A DNA stretch of 64,000 nt, taken from Candidatus Aminicenantes bacterium. GTDB lineage: Bacteria > Acidobacteriota > Aminicenantia > Aminicenantales > UBA4085. The position numbers were made by a program, and so were the translations under genes. The notes below the pieces were generated by a model. It was not told where the DNA came from, searched no databases, and saw only the letters and a list, made by a program, of their open reading frames with translations. The stretch spans positions 20,519 through 84,518 of the forward strand of contig JAPKZI010000043.1 of assembly GCA_026393865.1 (NCBI GenBank). The letters run 5' to 3'. Below, piece by piece: positions 46,314-55,140 of the stretch; position 1 is the first letter of the stretch; each line of letters opens with the position of its first letter.

Positions 46314-46746
46314 GGAGCTCCTTCGTCCCCCCGCGCCGCCTGCCGTTCCCCTCGATCTGCGGGTTCGCTATTCCGAGACGGACCAAATGGGCGTGGCCCA
46401 TAATAAAGTCTACCTGGAATGGTTCGAGCTCGGCCGGACCGAATTCTGCCGACAGCGGGGACTGCCCTACAAAGCCATCGAAGAGCGAGGCCATTATCTC
46501 GTCGTCGTCGAAGCCTTCTGCCGCTATAAGCGGCCCCTCCGCTACGACGATCCCTTCGTTGTTTTGACCTCGATCCGGGAGATCTCGGCCAAGAAAGTGG
46601 CCTTCAGCTACGAGCTGAGAATCCCGGACCGCGCCGCCCTGATCGCCGAGGGCTATACCGTTCACATCGCCGTGAATCGGAACGGCGCCGTCGCCGTCCT
46701 TCCGGACGATATTCTGGAAAAGATCTCCGCCCCCTTCGACGCCTAG
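46276..46746 (+). CDS. Acyl-CoA thioesterase (YbgC/4HBT hotdog fold)
   Basis: VRYSETDQMGVAHNKVYLEWFELGRTEF. The start is uncertain and overlaps the previous gene by 38 nt. Confidence 0.82.
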   Translation: MTNSLSSANSPNRELLRPPAPPAVPLDLRVRYSETDQMGVAHNKVYLEWFELGRTEFCRQRGLPYKAIEERGHYLVVVEAFCRYKRPLRYDDPFVVLTSIREISAKKVAFSYELRIPDRAALIAEGYTVHIAVNRNGAVAVLPDDILEKISAPFDA

Positions 46747-46750
46747 ATCA

Positions 46751-46775
46751 GGCCCCGTTTTCTTCAGGCGGGGCC
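46751..46775 (+). terminator. Hairpin after the thioesterase gene (7-bp GC stem, no T-tract)
   Basis: GGCCCCG (46751-46757) / CGGGGCC (46769-46775). Confidence 0.3.
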
Positions 46776-46867
46776 CTCAACTCCCGTCCTGCGGAAAAAT
46801 CCCTATGAATAAGGCCTGGGCCGTCCCCCCGATTCCGCTCATGAGAAACGGAGGGAAAGGCGCGCGC

Positions 46868-46898
46868 AAAAAAAAGGCCGGGGAGTTTTTCCCCGGCC
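46868..46898 (-). terminator. Intrinsic terminator for the PKD/OMP gene
   Basis: 9-bp stem GGCCGGGGA/TCCCCGGCC with a 5-nt loop, followed on the minus strand by T8. It lies 22 nt after the stop. Confidence 0.75.
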
Positions 46899-46920
46899 CG
46901 TTCAATGATGGTCTTGAAAA

Positions 46921-48343
46921 TTAGAAAATATAACGGAACCCGAGCAAGAGCTTGTGGTGATTGGCAGAGTCGCGGTCCTTCGTGATAACCGGAAGACGAA
47001 CCTCGGCGAAAATCGATCCGGCATTGCTGTAATTGTTAAAAAGGTTCACCCCGAAAGCCCCGATCAGGTCGAGTCCGCTCTTGCGCACAGTCTGTTCCCT
47101 GCCGGTGTAGCCAAGCCCGGCGTCCAGATAGACCGCGGGCCCGAGATGGATATTCATCAGGAAATCGGCCATGAAGAAGGCTTTCCAGGGATCCCCCTGG
47201 GTCGGAAGCGCGCCGCCAAACCTCAGGATGAGGTCAAGGACGTCTGGGGACAGGCTCCACATCATGCCCAAACGGCCGAAAATATAGCCCGAATAGGTCC
47301 CGCGCGCCAGGAGTCCGCCCACTTCGGCCAGGAAGAAGAACCTCTTCTGGGTCACCTCGAAGGTGATGCGACAGGGGTCGGTGGAGGCCGATGGAGCGCC
47401 CATATCATCGAATACGACGACGTTGATGGCATAAGTACCGGCCTTCGTGAAGATCTTTTCCCAGGTGAAAGGTTTTTCGGTATCCATGAAGCTGTCGATC
47501 ACCTTACCGGTCTCATCCATGACCTCAAAACTGGCCTTGACGACCTGACCGTCCGCGTCCGTCGAGCCGTTGGCGTCGAACACGATCGGCTTGCCGACGT
47601 AATCCTCGCAGGGGAGGCAGGAGGTCCACAGCTTGCAGATCGGAGGGAAATTGATGATGGTTCTGGCCTGACAGGGATTCTCGGAGACCTTGCCCTCCGC
47701 GTTAACGGCCTTGGCCCGGAAAACGTACTCCCCAGGCTTGTCGAATTTCGTCTGCCATCTCGGCGAGGCGGGGGTGAAAGCGTGCGTCGTCACTCTCGCT
47801 CCCTGGGCCGTGAAAACCTCGACGTCCATGGACGCGGCGTTCTGAGTGCCGCTCATGTCGATCGTGATCAAGTCGTTGACGTTCGCCTTGGCCGGAGTTA
47901 CGACCAGATTGCAGAGGGGAAGGACCGGCGGCTGGATCCGGACCTCGGTGACGCGGTACAAAGCGATGTTCCCGCAAGGCTTGGGAATGATGAACTCGTA
48001 GTCCTTGTTATCCTTGCGCGCCGTCAGAGAGAAGACCGGCAGCGGCTGTTTGCCCGCCCATTCGACGTCCTGCCAAACCTTGACCTTGCCCTGGACACGG
48101 AACAGCATCCAGTAGAACTTGTCGCCGACGGGGATGGTCTTCTCGGTGAACGCCCCCGCGTTCAGCTGGTCCGGCGTATTTCTCGGCGATGGTCTTCATG
48201 ACCTGAGCCGTAGGAATGTCCCCTCGGATTTGGGCGAATGTATTGACGCCGATCCGGGTCAGCTTCTTGGTCTGGGCAAAGGATACGACCGCAAAAATAA
48301 CCAAGAGGGCTGTGACGAAAAGAATGAGCTTTCGGCTTCTCAT
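46921..48343 (-). pseudogene. Signal-peptide PKD/Ig-like plus beta-barrel outer-membrane protein, split by a +1 frameshift (or a sequence error)
   Basis: The 48343-48008 frame starts with MRSRKLILFVTALLVIFAVVSFAQ and then degenerates. The 46921 frame is open up to 48195 (…NTPDQLNAGAFTEKTIPVGDKFYWMLFRVQG…) and ends GFRYIF. The junction is near the A-run in GAGAAATAC (48176-48184). Confidence 0.6.
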
Positions 48344-48428
48344 GAAGGCCTCCTTTGATGGAATGGACGCGCTTCCTTTTGTTTAGAATGCTTCCTTACT
48401 ACTAAAATCATATATTTCCATGCTTTTG

Positions 48429-49118
48429 TCAAGAGGAAAATCGCAGAAATCCGTCGATAATCTTAAAGATGAGCCCCGAATCGCGCGGGGACGAGTCCAG
48501 GGCTTTCCGGTATAAAGAGAGAACATCGGGAAAAACGCCTCCGAAATCCCGGAGCAATCCCCGGGCCGCCTCGACATCGATCTCGGGATGGATCTGCAAG
48601 CCCCAGACCGGGTGGTCCTTCATGCCGAAGGCTTGGATGGGACAAACGGGGCTCGAAGCCAGGACAAGGAACGGGTCCTCGAGATCCCTGACCTCATCAA
48701 AATGGATAGAAAACGTGTAGGCTGTCCCCTTTGGACCCAGGAGCGGAGAATCGGCCGTTATTTCGATCGGGATCCAGCCGATCTCTGGTTCCCGGCATCT
48801 TCCGACATGTCTCGGCCCGGCCAGAGCCAGGGCCAGGAGCTGATGACCATAACAGCTTCCCAACAGCGGTCGATCCAGACGGAACGCTTCGCGGACGAAG
48901 TCCACCTCCCCTTCAGCCCAGGGCTCCCGGTTCAATATGGAGGCTTCCGATCCGGTCAGGATGATATGGCTGAAATCCTGCGGCCGCGGGAGACCGCCGC
49001 CGGGAGCGGTGAACGCCGTCCATTCCACGTCTCGGAGATACCGGCTCCAGTGTTCGACGGGCTTATAGAGTTCCGGATAAACGGCATTGTCGATGATGGC
49101 GACCTTAGGTTTCGACAC
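48429..49118 (-). CDS. Class I glutamine amidotransferase-like protein
   Basis: GSCYGHQLLA nucleophile elbow and a QIHPE His/Glu motif. GTG start. Confidence 0.82.
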   Translation of the reverse strand: MSKPKVAIIDNAVYPELYKPVEHWSRYLRDVEWTAFTAPGGGLPRPQDFSHIILTGSEASILNREPWAEGEVDFVREAFRLDRPLLGSCYGHQLLALALAGPRHVGRCREPEIGWIPIEITADSPLLGPKGTAYTFSIHFDEVRDLEDPFLVLASSPVCPIQAFGMKDHPVWGLQIHPEIDVEAARGLLRDFGGVFPDVLSLYRKALDSSPRDSGLIFKIIDGFLRFSS

Positions 49119-49147
49119 GGTCCTTCTCTTTCGAGGGGCGGCCGTTC

Positions 49148-49175
49148 ATTATAATAAAATCCGGCAAAAAGACAA
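49148..49175 (-). promoter_or_regulatory. Candidate promoter TTGTCT-N16-TATAAT for the GATase gene
   Basis: -35 at 49170-49175, -10 at 49148-49153. Confidence 0.5.
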
Positions 49176-49230
49176 GCGACCGCCCGTCCTTTCCCCCGCG
49201 TTATTTTGCTTCCCATGGATGCGCGGCTTT

Positions 49231-49239
49231 TGGTATAAT
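49231..49239 (+). promoter_or_regulatory. Extended -10 element TGgTATAAT for the ACT-domain gene
   Basis: 28 nt upstream of the GTG at 49267. GAAGGAGAA RBS. Confidence 0.5.
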
Positions 49240-49266
49240 GCTTCCTTTCACGAAGGAGAATGACAG

Positions 49267-49662
49267 GTGCACAACGTCAACATCGAAACCGAGCTCCATG
49301 TGATCACGCCGAACGAGCCCGGAATCCTTGGCCGGGTGCTGGGCACCCTGGCCAACGCCGGCGTCAACCTCCGGGCGCTGTCCGTATTCTCGCATGAAGA
49401 AGAAGGCCACTTCCGCCTCCTGACGTCCAATAATAAAAAAGCGGAGACGGCCCTTCGCTCTCTGGGCTATAAAGTCAAAACGAACCGGGTGATCACGATC
49501 GAAATCAGCGACCGGATCGGAGCGGGCGCCGAGATCGGAGCCCTTCTGGGCAACGCCGTCATCGATATCGAATACTGCTATGGGAGCTCCACGGGAACGG
49601 GTCGGGCGCTCCTGGTGTTCAAAACGAACAACATCAAGAAATCCTACGATACCTTGAAATAA
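49267..49662 (+). CDS. Tandem ACT domain-containing protein
   Basis: Two ~60-aa ACT-like halves (VITPNEPGILGRVLGTLANAGVNL..., IEISDRIGAGAEIGALLGNAVIDI...). Confidence 0.78.
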   Translation: MHNVNIETELHVITPNEPGILGRVLGTLANAGVNLRALSVFSHEEEGHFRLLTSNNKKAETALRSLGYKVKTNRVITIEISDRIGAGAEIGALLGNAVIDIEYCYGSSTGTGRALLVFKTNNIKKSYDTLK

Positions 49663-49712
49663 AGCCCGCCCGCCGGCTTCTTCCGTCCGCGGGCTCAGCT
49701 CGAACAAACACG

Positions 49713-49742
49713 TTGACAGGATAAATTCAAATGTCATACAAT
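49713..49742 (+). promoter_or_regulatory. Promoter TTGACA-N18-TACAAT for exbD
   Basis: -35 at 49713-49718, -10 at 49737-49742. AGGAGG RBS before the ATG at 49777. Confidence 0.6.
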
Positions 49743-49776
49743 AATCTTCTTGATCGGACTATGGTAGGAGGAACTC

Positions 49777-50166
49777 ATGGCGAAAGCAGAACCGAATGTC
49801 GTCCCGTTATGTGATGTTCTTCTGGTGTTGCTGATCATCTTCATGGTCATCACGCCCCTTGTGCAAAAGGGCATCGATGTCCGTCTCCCCGAGACATCGT
49901 CCGACACCTCGTCCGGCCAGGCCAGCAGCTTGATCGTCGTCACCCTGAAAAAAGACCTGACGATCGATATCAACAGGGTCATTTACGCGGATTTCAAGTC
50001 CGCCGCCGACGAACTGCGCCGCATTTACTCCACGAAATCCGATAAGACCGTCTTCGTCCGGGCGGACGTCAAGTGTCTTTTCAGCAAGGTCGTCGACCTC
50101 ATCGACATCTGCAAGGCCGCCGGCGTAGAGACGCTGGGGCTCGTTCCGGAATATATCTCGGATTAA
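49777..50166 (+). CDS. exbD: Biopolymer transport protein ExbD/TolR
   Basis: 129 aa, N-terminal TM (PLCDVLLVLLIIFMVITP), VFVRAD...VVDLIDICKAAGV. Confidence 0.85.
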   Translation: MAKAEPNVVPLCDVLLVLLIIFMVITPLVQKGIDVRLPETSSDTSSGQASSLIVVTLKKDLTIDINRVIYADFKSAADELRRIYSTKSDKTVFVRADVKCLFSKVVDLIDICKAAGVETLGLVPEYISD

Positions 50167-50171
50167 GATTT

Positions 50172-50253
50172 GTCCTTCCCCTGAATGGCGGGGGGAAGGA
50201 CGCTTTCCCCCCCCCAAAAAAACGGGGACGTTTAACGAACGTCCCCTTTTTTT
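50172..50253. terminator. Two tandem hairpins; the second is a bidirectional intrinsic terminator (A7, 9-bp stem GGGGACGTT/AACGTCCCC, T7)
   Basis: Hairpin 1: GTCCTTCCCC/GGGGAAGGAC (50172-50201). Hairpin 2: stem arms 50224-50232 and 50238-50246, flanked by A-run 50216-50222 and T-run 50247-50253. It sits between convergent exbD and acd. Confidence 0.75.
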
Positions 50254-50269
50254 GTCTCGAATTCGAGCT

Positions 50270-51421
50270 CTATTTTTTGATCGGGCCGATCACCTCGTGG
50301 GCGATCACGAGCCGCTGGACCTCGTTCGTCCCCTCATAGATCTGGAGGAGCTTGGCGTCTCGCATCAACTTCTCCATGGGATAATCCCGCATATATCCGT
50401 AGCCGCCGAAGATCTGGAGAGCTTCCGTCGTCACCCGCATGGCGATGTCCGTGGCGTAGGCTTTGGCCATGGCCGATTCCTTTCCGCAGGGCAGGCCTTG
50501 GTCGGACAGCCAGGCGGCGTGCCAGACGAGGTGACGCGCGGCCGCGATCTCCGTGGCCATGTCAGCGATCTTAGCCTGGATCAGCTGGAAAAGGGCGATG
50601 GGCTTGCCGAACTGGGTCCGCGTCTTGGCATAGTTGACGGCATGTTCGAGGGCTATTTTGGCGATGCCGACGGCCGCGGCCCCGACCGAAGAGCGGGTTT
50701 GATCGAACGTCTTCATGGCGATAATGAACCCCATGCGTTCCTTTCCCAGCAGATTCTCCACCGGGACCCGGCAGTCCTCGAAAAAGATCTCGGCCGTATT
50801 GGACGCCCGGTGGCCCATTTTGTCCTCGACCTTGCCGATCGTCAGACCGGGCGTTCCGCGCGGGATGATAAAGGCGCTCATGCCCCTCGCCCCTTTCTCG
50901 GGAGAGGTCTTAGCGAACACGACATAGAGGCTGGCGACCCCGGCGTTGGTGATAAAGCATTTTGAACCGTTGAGGACGTAATCGCTCCCGTCTTTGATCG
51001 CTTTCGTCTTGATCGAACCCGCGTCGGACCCGGATTCGCGCTCGGTGAGGCAATAGGAGGCCAGCCCCATGGTCCGGCAGATAGGAGCCAGGAACTTTTT
51101 TTTCTGCTCATCCGATCCATAAAGGACGACGGGCGTCGTCGCCAGGGATACGGCCATGATGCTGGTGAACATGCCCGGGCAGCCGGCGGACAGCTCCTCG
51201 CTGATGAGGGCCATCTCGAAGCTGGTTGCGCCGCCGCCGCCGTAGGATTCGGGGATGTTGCAGGTCATGAATCCGGCGTCGAAGGCTTTCTGCATGATCG
51301 CCTCGGGAAATTCGTGGCCCTGATCGTATTTGGCTGCGTTCGGCGCCATCTCCTTCCGGGCGAACTCCCGGGCCATCTCCTGCAGCGCCGTCTGCTCTTC
51401 GGTCAGTCTATAGTCGATCAT
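50270..51421 (-). CDS. Acyl-CoA dehydrogenase
   Basis: 383 aa, CLTERESGSDAG...YEGTNEVQRLVIA, typical ACAD motifs. Confidence 0.92.
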   Translation of the reverse strand: MIDYRLTEEQTALQEMAREFARKEMAPNAAKYDQGHEFPEAIMQKAFDAGFMTCNIPESYGGGGATSFEMALISEELSAGCPGMFTSIMAVSLATTPVVLYGSDEQKKKFLAPICRTMGLASYCLTERESGSDAGSIKTKAIKDGSDYVLNGSKCFITNAGVASLYVVFAKTSPEKGARGMSAFIIPRGTPGLTIGKVEDKMGHRASNTAEIFFEDCRVPVENLLGKERMGFIIAMKTFDQTRSSVGAAAVGIAKIALEHAVNYAKTRTQFGKPIALFQLIQAKIADMATEIAAARHLVWHAAWLSDQGLPCGKESAMAKAYATDIAMRVTTEALQIFGGYGYMRDYPMEKLMRDAKLLQIYEGTNEVQRLVIAHEVIGPIKK

Positions 51422-51518
51422 AGAGACTCCTTACTTTCATAATCCTTCTCTGCGATGTCAAAAGAATGGCCTACCTTATACAGAATTCCCCCCGTCCTGT
51501 CAATTGAAGGGCCCGTCT

Positions 51519-54056
51519 TCACTTGAAGTATATCTTTTCCCGGGTCATCAGGTAGACGGCCCGCTGCAGGCCGAGGGCCCGCTCGACGACATCCTGGGGC
51601 CGAAGGGACCGTTGCGGGGAGTAGGCGATCTTCAAGACAATCTTGCGGCCGGGCTCATCGACGAAGATCTCTTGAAGCAGGTCGGGCTTGGCCGGCCGAT
51701 ATTCGTCAATAAGGCGGGCCGCGATTTTCTCCGTTACCCCCTCAGGATCGCCCTCCCCTTTCCTGACGGCCAGTCCCTCTCGCGCCTCGGCGGCGCCGAG
51801 ATCGAGCGAATAGACCATCGACGAGATCCGTTCCGTCAACGAACGTTCAGCAGGGGCGATCTTCTTCAGCCCGGAAAAAAGGATGCCGTCCGGCGCACAG
51901 CGGTCAAGGGCCGCCATGAAGCTTTGCTCGTCCAGGTCATCGGTGGATTTGAATTCAAAAGATTCGTCGTTCCCGGTCATTCCCAACGGAAGGGCCGGGG
52001 CCAGGGACATCTGCATCTTCGGATGAAATCCTTTGGTAAAGAGGGCGTTTACCCCCGCCCGTTTGAACGTCCGTTGGAGGATATTGAGAAGATCGTTATG
52101 GGAAACGAATCGGGCCTGCCCGCGCTTCCCATAAAAGGCCTGATAGCGGAAGACCGTTTCCGTCCGGCGTCCCAGGTCCGGACCGGGACGATCGCCGACC
52201 TCGATCTTCGCTTTGAATTCCCTGTCGATGTCGGCCATGAAATCGCAGCCGCGGCACAGGCCGCAGGAGGTCTCCAAACAGGACGGCGAGCGTTCGGCCT
52301 TCAGCGCTTTCTCCAGCTCGGCGAGAAGAAAGCTCTTGTGGACGCCCGTCTCGATGTGGTCCCAGGGGAGAGCGGCGCTCCGCTCCAATGCCCCGAGGTA
52401 CGTTTGGGGATCGACGCCGGTCTCGTCGAAAGCCCTCAGCCAAAGAGGCAATTGGAAATGGTCCCCCCAGCTGTCGAACCGCGCCCCGCGGTTCCAAGCC
52501 GCGCGCAGGACGGCGGACAGACGTCGGTCACCGCGTGAAAAAACGGCTTCGAGGAGGGAATTCTCGACGGGATGGTCCTTGATCTGGACATGGCGTTTTT
52601 TCTTCAAAAGGCGCTTGAGATAGACCTGTTTCTCGCGGAGAGCCTCCTCCCCATCCATCGCCGCCCACTGGAAGGGGGTATGGGGTTTCGGGATGAACGA
52701 GGAGACGCTCATGTTGATCCGCGGCGGCGAAGTCATGATCTCCCGGCCGAGCGCCGTCAGATCGTCGATCAAGGCCGCGATCCCGCGAAGGTCCTCTTCC
52801 CGTTCCGTGGGAAGGCCGATCATGAAATAGAGCTTCAACAGCTTCCAGCCTTCGCGGAACGCGTTCGCCGCGGCGTCCCAAATGTCCTGATCCTTCAGGT
52901 CCTTGTTGATGACGCTGCGCAGTCGTTCGGAGCCCGCCTCGGGGACGAGGGTGAACCCCGTCTTCCGGACTTTGATGATATCGCGGATGATCTCCGCCGA
53001 AAGACCTTGAGGCCGCAAAGAGGAAAGCGACAGCGAGACATGGTCCTTTTCCAGACTGTTCATCAGCGTCCGTATGGTCTCCCCGAGGTACGGATAATCG
53101 CTCACGGAGAGCGAGAACAGCGAGGCATCCTCATAGCCCGTCGCCCGGAGGCTCTCGAAGAGGCGGTCCACGACATAGGACGGATCCTTGATCCGGTAGG
53201 GAGCATAGAGGCTGGTCGCCTGGCAGAACCGGCATTTATGGGGGCAGCCGCGCGCGACTTCGACGGCGACCCGGTCGAAAACGGCCCGGATATTGGGGAC
53301 GATGATGTCGGCAGGAAAAAAAGAACGGCTGAAGTCGCGAAGGACGCGCTTGCGGATCAAGGCCGGCGCGCCGGCCCTCGGCCTGACCGTCAGGAGAGAA
53401 CCGCCGTCCGGGCAAAAGGCTTCATAGAAGCTCGGGACATAGACGCCGGGGATGCGGGCGAGCTCCATCAGGATGTCTTTCCGGGACGCCGCCCCACCCT
53501 TCATGTCCTCGTATTTCCCGATAATTTCCGGAACGGCCTCTTCCCCGTCGCCGAGGAGGAACAGATCGAAGAAGTCGGCCACCGGCTCCGGATTGAACGC
53601 GGCCGGGCCGCCGGCGATCACCAAGGGATGCCGGAGGTCCCTCTCGTCCGCGCGCAGCGGGATCCCGCCCAGGTCGAGGATCGTCAGGATATTGGAATAA
53701 TTCAGCTCATACAACAGCGAGAACCCGATGATATCGAATTCGGCTAGAGGGATCTTGTTCTCGAGAGACCGGAGCGGGGAGCCGCGTTCCCGGAGTTCCC
53801 TCTCGAAGTCCGGCCAGGGCGCGAAAACACGTTCGGCCAGGGCGGACGGAAGGGCGTTGATCAAGGCATAGAGGATCTTCTGGCCGAGATAGGACATGCC
53901 GATCTCGTACACGTCGGGGAAGGCCAGGGCAACTTTGACTTTGGCGCGCGCCGGGTCCTTGCGGACCTCGTTCCATTCCCCTCCGGTGTACCGGCCGGGC
54001 TTTTCGACCGCCGGCAGGATCCCGTCCAAGATTCCCCTCGTCGGTCCATCAGACAT
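51519..54056 (-). CDS. B12-binding-domain radical SAM protein fused to a DUF2344-like C-terminal domain (TIGR03960/TIGR03936-like by recollection)
   Basis: CPHKCRFC radical-SAM motif. N-terminal VEKPGRYTGGEWN. C-terminal FVSHNDLLNILQRTFKRAG. 845 aa. Overlaps the rodA stop by 8 nt. Confidence 0.88.
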   Translation of the reverse strand: MSDGPTRGILDGILPAVEKPGRYTGGEWNEVRKDPARAKVKVALAFPDVYEIGMSYLGQKILYALINALPSALAERVFAPWPDFERELRERGSPLRSLENKIPLAEFDIIGFSLLYELNYSNILTILDLGGIPLRADERDLRHPLVIAGGPAAFNPEPVADFFDLFLLGDGEEAVPEIIGKYEDMKGGAASRKDILMELARIPGVYVPSFYEAFCPDGGSLLTVRPRAGAPALIRKRVLRDFSRSFFPADIIVPNIRAVFDRVAVEVARGCPHKCRFCQATSLYAPYRIKDPSYVVDRLFESLRATGYEDASLFSLSVSDYPYLGETIRTLMNSLEKDHVSLSLSSLRPQGLSAEIIRDIIKVRKTGFTLVPEAGSERLRSVINKDLKDQDIWDAAANAFREGWKLLKLYFMIGLPTEREEDLRGIAALIDDLTALGREIMTSPPRINMSVSSFIPKPHTPFQWAAMDGEEALREKQVYLKRLLKKKRHVQIKDHPVENSLLEAVFSRGDRRLSAVLRAAWNRGARFDSWGDHFQLPLWLRAFDETGVDPQTYLGALERSAALPWDHIETGVHKSFLLAELEKALKAERSPSCLETSCGLCRGCDFMADIDREFKAKIEVGDRPGPDLGRRTETVFRYQAFYGKRGQARFVSHNDLLNILQRTFKRAGVNALFTKGFHPKMQMSLAPALPLGMTGNDESFEFKSTDDLDEQSFMAALDRCAPDGILFSGLKKIAPAERSLTERISSMVYSLDLGAAEAREGLAVRKGEGDPEGVTEKIAARLIDEYRPAKPDLLQEIFVDEPGRKIVLKIAYSPQRSLRPQDVVERALGLQRAVYLMTREKIYFK

Positions 54057-55140
54057 TGACGAATCTTCTCATCTTGACGTTGACGACGAGTCCCACGGCA
54101 ATGAAAGTTGTCAGGAGCGACGACCCTCCATAGCTGAGCATCGGGATAGGAACGCCGGTGATCGGGAACAGGCCGACGATCATCATGACATTGATCAGGA
54201 ACTGGAAGCTCAGCAGGCAAGCCGTCATGAAGACGATGTACATGCCGGCCCGGTCCCGGGATTTGCCGACGGACCGGAATATCCTGGCTAGGAAGAAGAA
54301 ATAGCTCAGGAAGACGAAGAAGACTCCGACGAAACCGAACTCCTCACCCAGCACTGAAAAGATGAAGTCCGTATGGCGCGCCGGAAGGAACCGCAGCTGG
54401 CTCTGCGAGCCTTTCTTGAACCCCTTTCCCGCCAGTCCTCCCGATCCGATGGCGATCTTCGATTGAAGGACGTGATAACCCGAACCGCGCGGGTCCTGGC
54501 CGGGATTCATCAGCGTCGTAAGCCGTTGTTTCTGGTAGTCCTTCAAAAAATAGTTCCATCCGGCGAAGCCGGCGAGGAACGTGATGATGAGAAGGAGGGC
54601 CAGCATCTTTCGGTTCATGCCCGCGAGGACCAGGCTCGCCAACAGCAGGGGCAGAAAGCTGATGGCCGTGCCCAGGTCCGGTTGGAGGGCGACCACCGCC
54701 ATGGGAGCGAAGACGACCGCTCCGCTGAGGAGGCCGAACTCGAGGCTTACGTAGGTCCGCCGGAATTCCGCAAAGATCCTGGCCAGGACAAGCAGGACCA
54801 CGACCTTGGCCAGCTCGGAAGGTTGCCCGCCGAAAACCGCCAGTCGGATCCAGCTCTTGGCCCCGGAGATCACCCGCCCGAAGACGAGCAGGCCGATGAG
54901 AAGGAGGATGAACAGGACATAAATATAGGGAGAAAATCCGACGAGGATCTTGTAATCGATCGACAACACCAGAAACAGGGCGCCCAGGCTGATGACCAGC
55001 CAGATCGCCTGTCTGAGGTAAAAATTCCCGGCCTGATATTGCGACGAGCTGTAGATCAGGAGGATGCCGATGACCGAGTTCACGAGCAGGAGCCCGATGA
55101 GGACCCAGTCAATTTCGCGGAGCTGGACTCTGTCGATCAT
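54049..55140 (-). CDS. rodA: Rod shape-determining protein RodA (SEDS family)
   Basis: Polytopic FtsW/RodA/SpoVE family member, ...LPARHTDFIFSVLGEEFGF. Start trimmed to 55140 (MIDRVQL...). Confidence 0.9.
   Translation of the reverse strand: MIDRVQLREIDWVLIGLLLVNSVIGILLIYSSSQYQAGNFYLRQAIWLVISLGALFLVLSIDYKILVGFSPYIYVLFILLLIGLLVFGRVISGAKSWIRLAVFGGQPSELAKVVVLLVLARIFAEFRRTYVSLEFGLLSGAVVFAPMAVVALQPDLGTAISFLPLLLASLVLAGMNRKMLALLLIITFLAGFAGWNYFLKDYQKQRLTTLMNPGQDPRGSGYHVLQSKIAIGSGGLAGKGFKKGSQSQLRFLPARHTDFIFSVLGEEFGFVGVFFVFLSYFFFLARIFRSVGKSRDRAGMYIVFMTACLLSFQFLINVMMIVGLFPITGVPIPMLSYGGSSLLTTFIAVGLVVNVKMRRFVNV

Noticed and set aside
48344-48428. TTGACA box upstream of the frameshifted OMP gene as a promoter.
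   Set aside because: No acceptable -10 hexamer lies at 16-19 nt spacing (GATTTT at best), so it is not listed as a feature.
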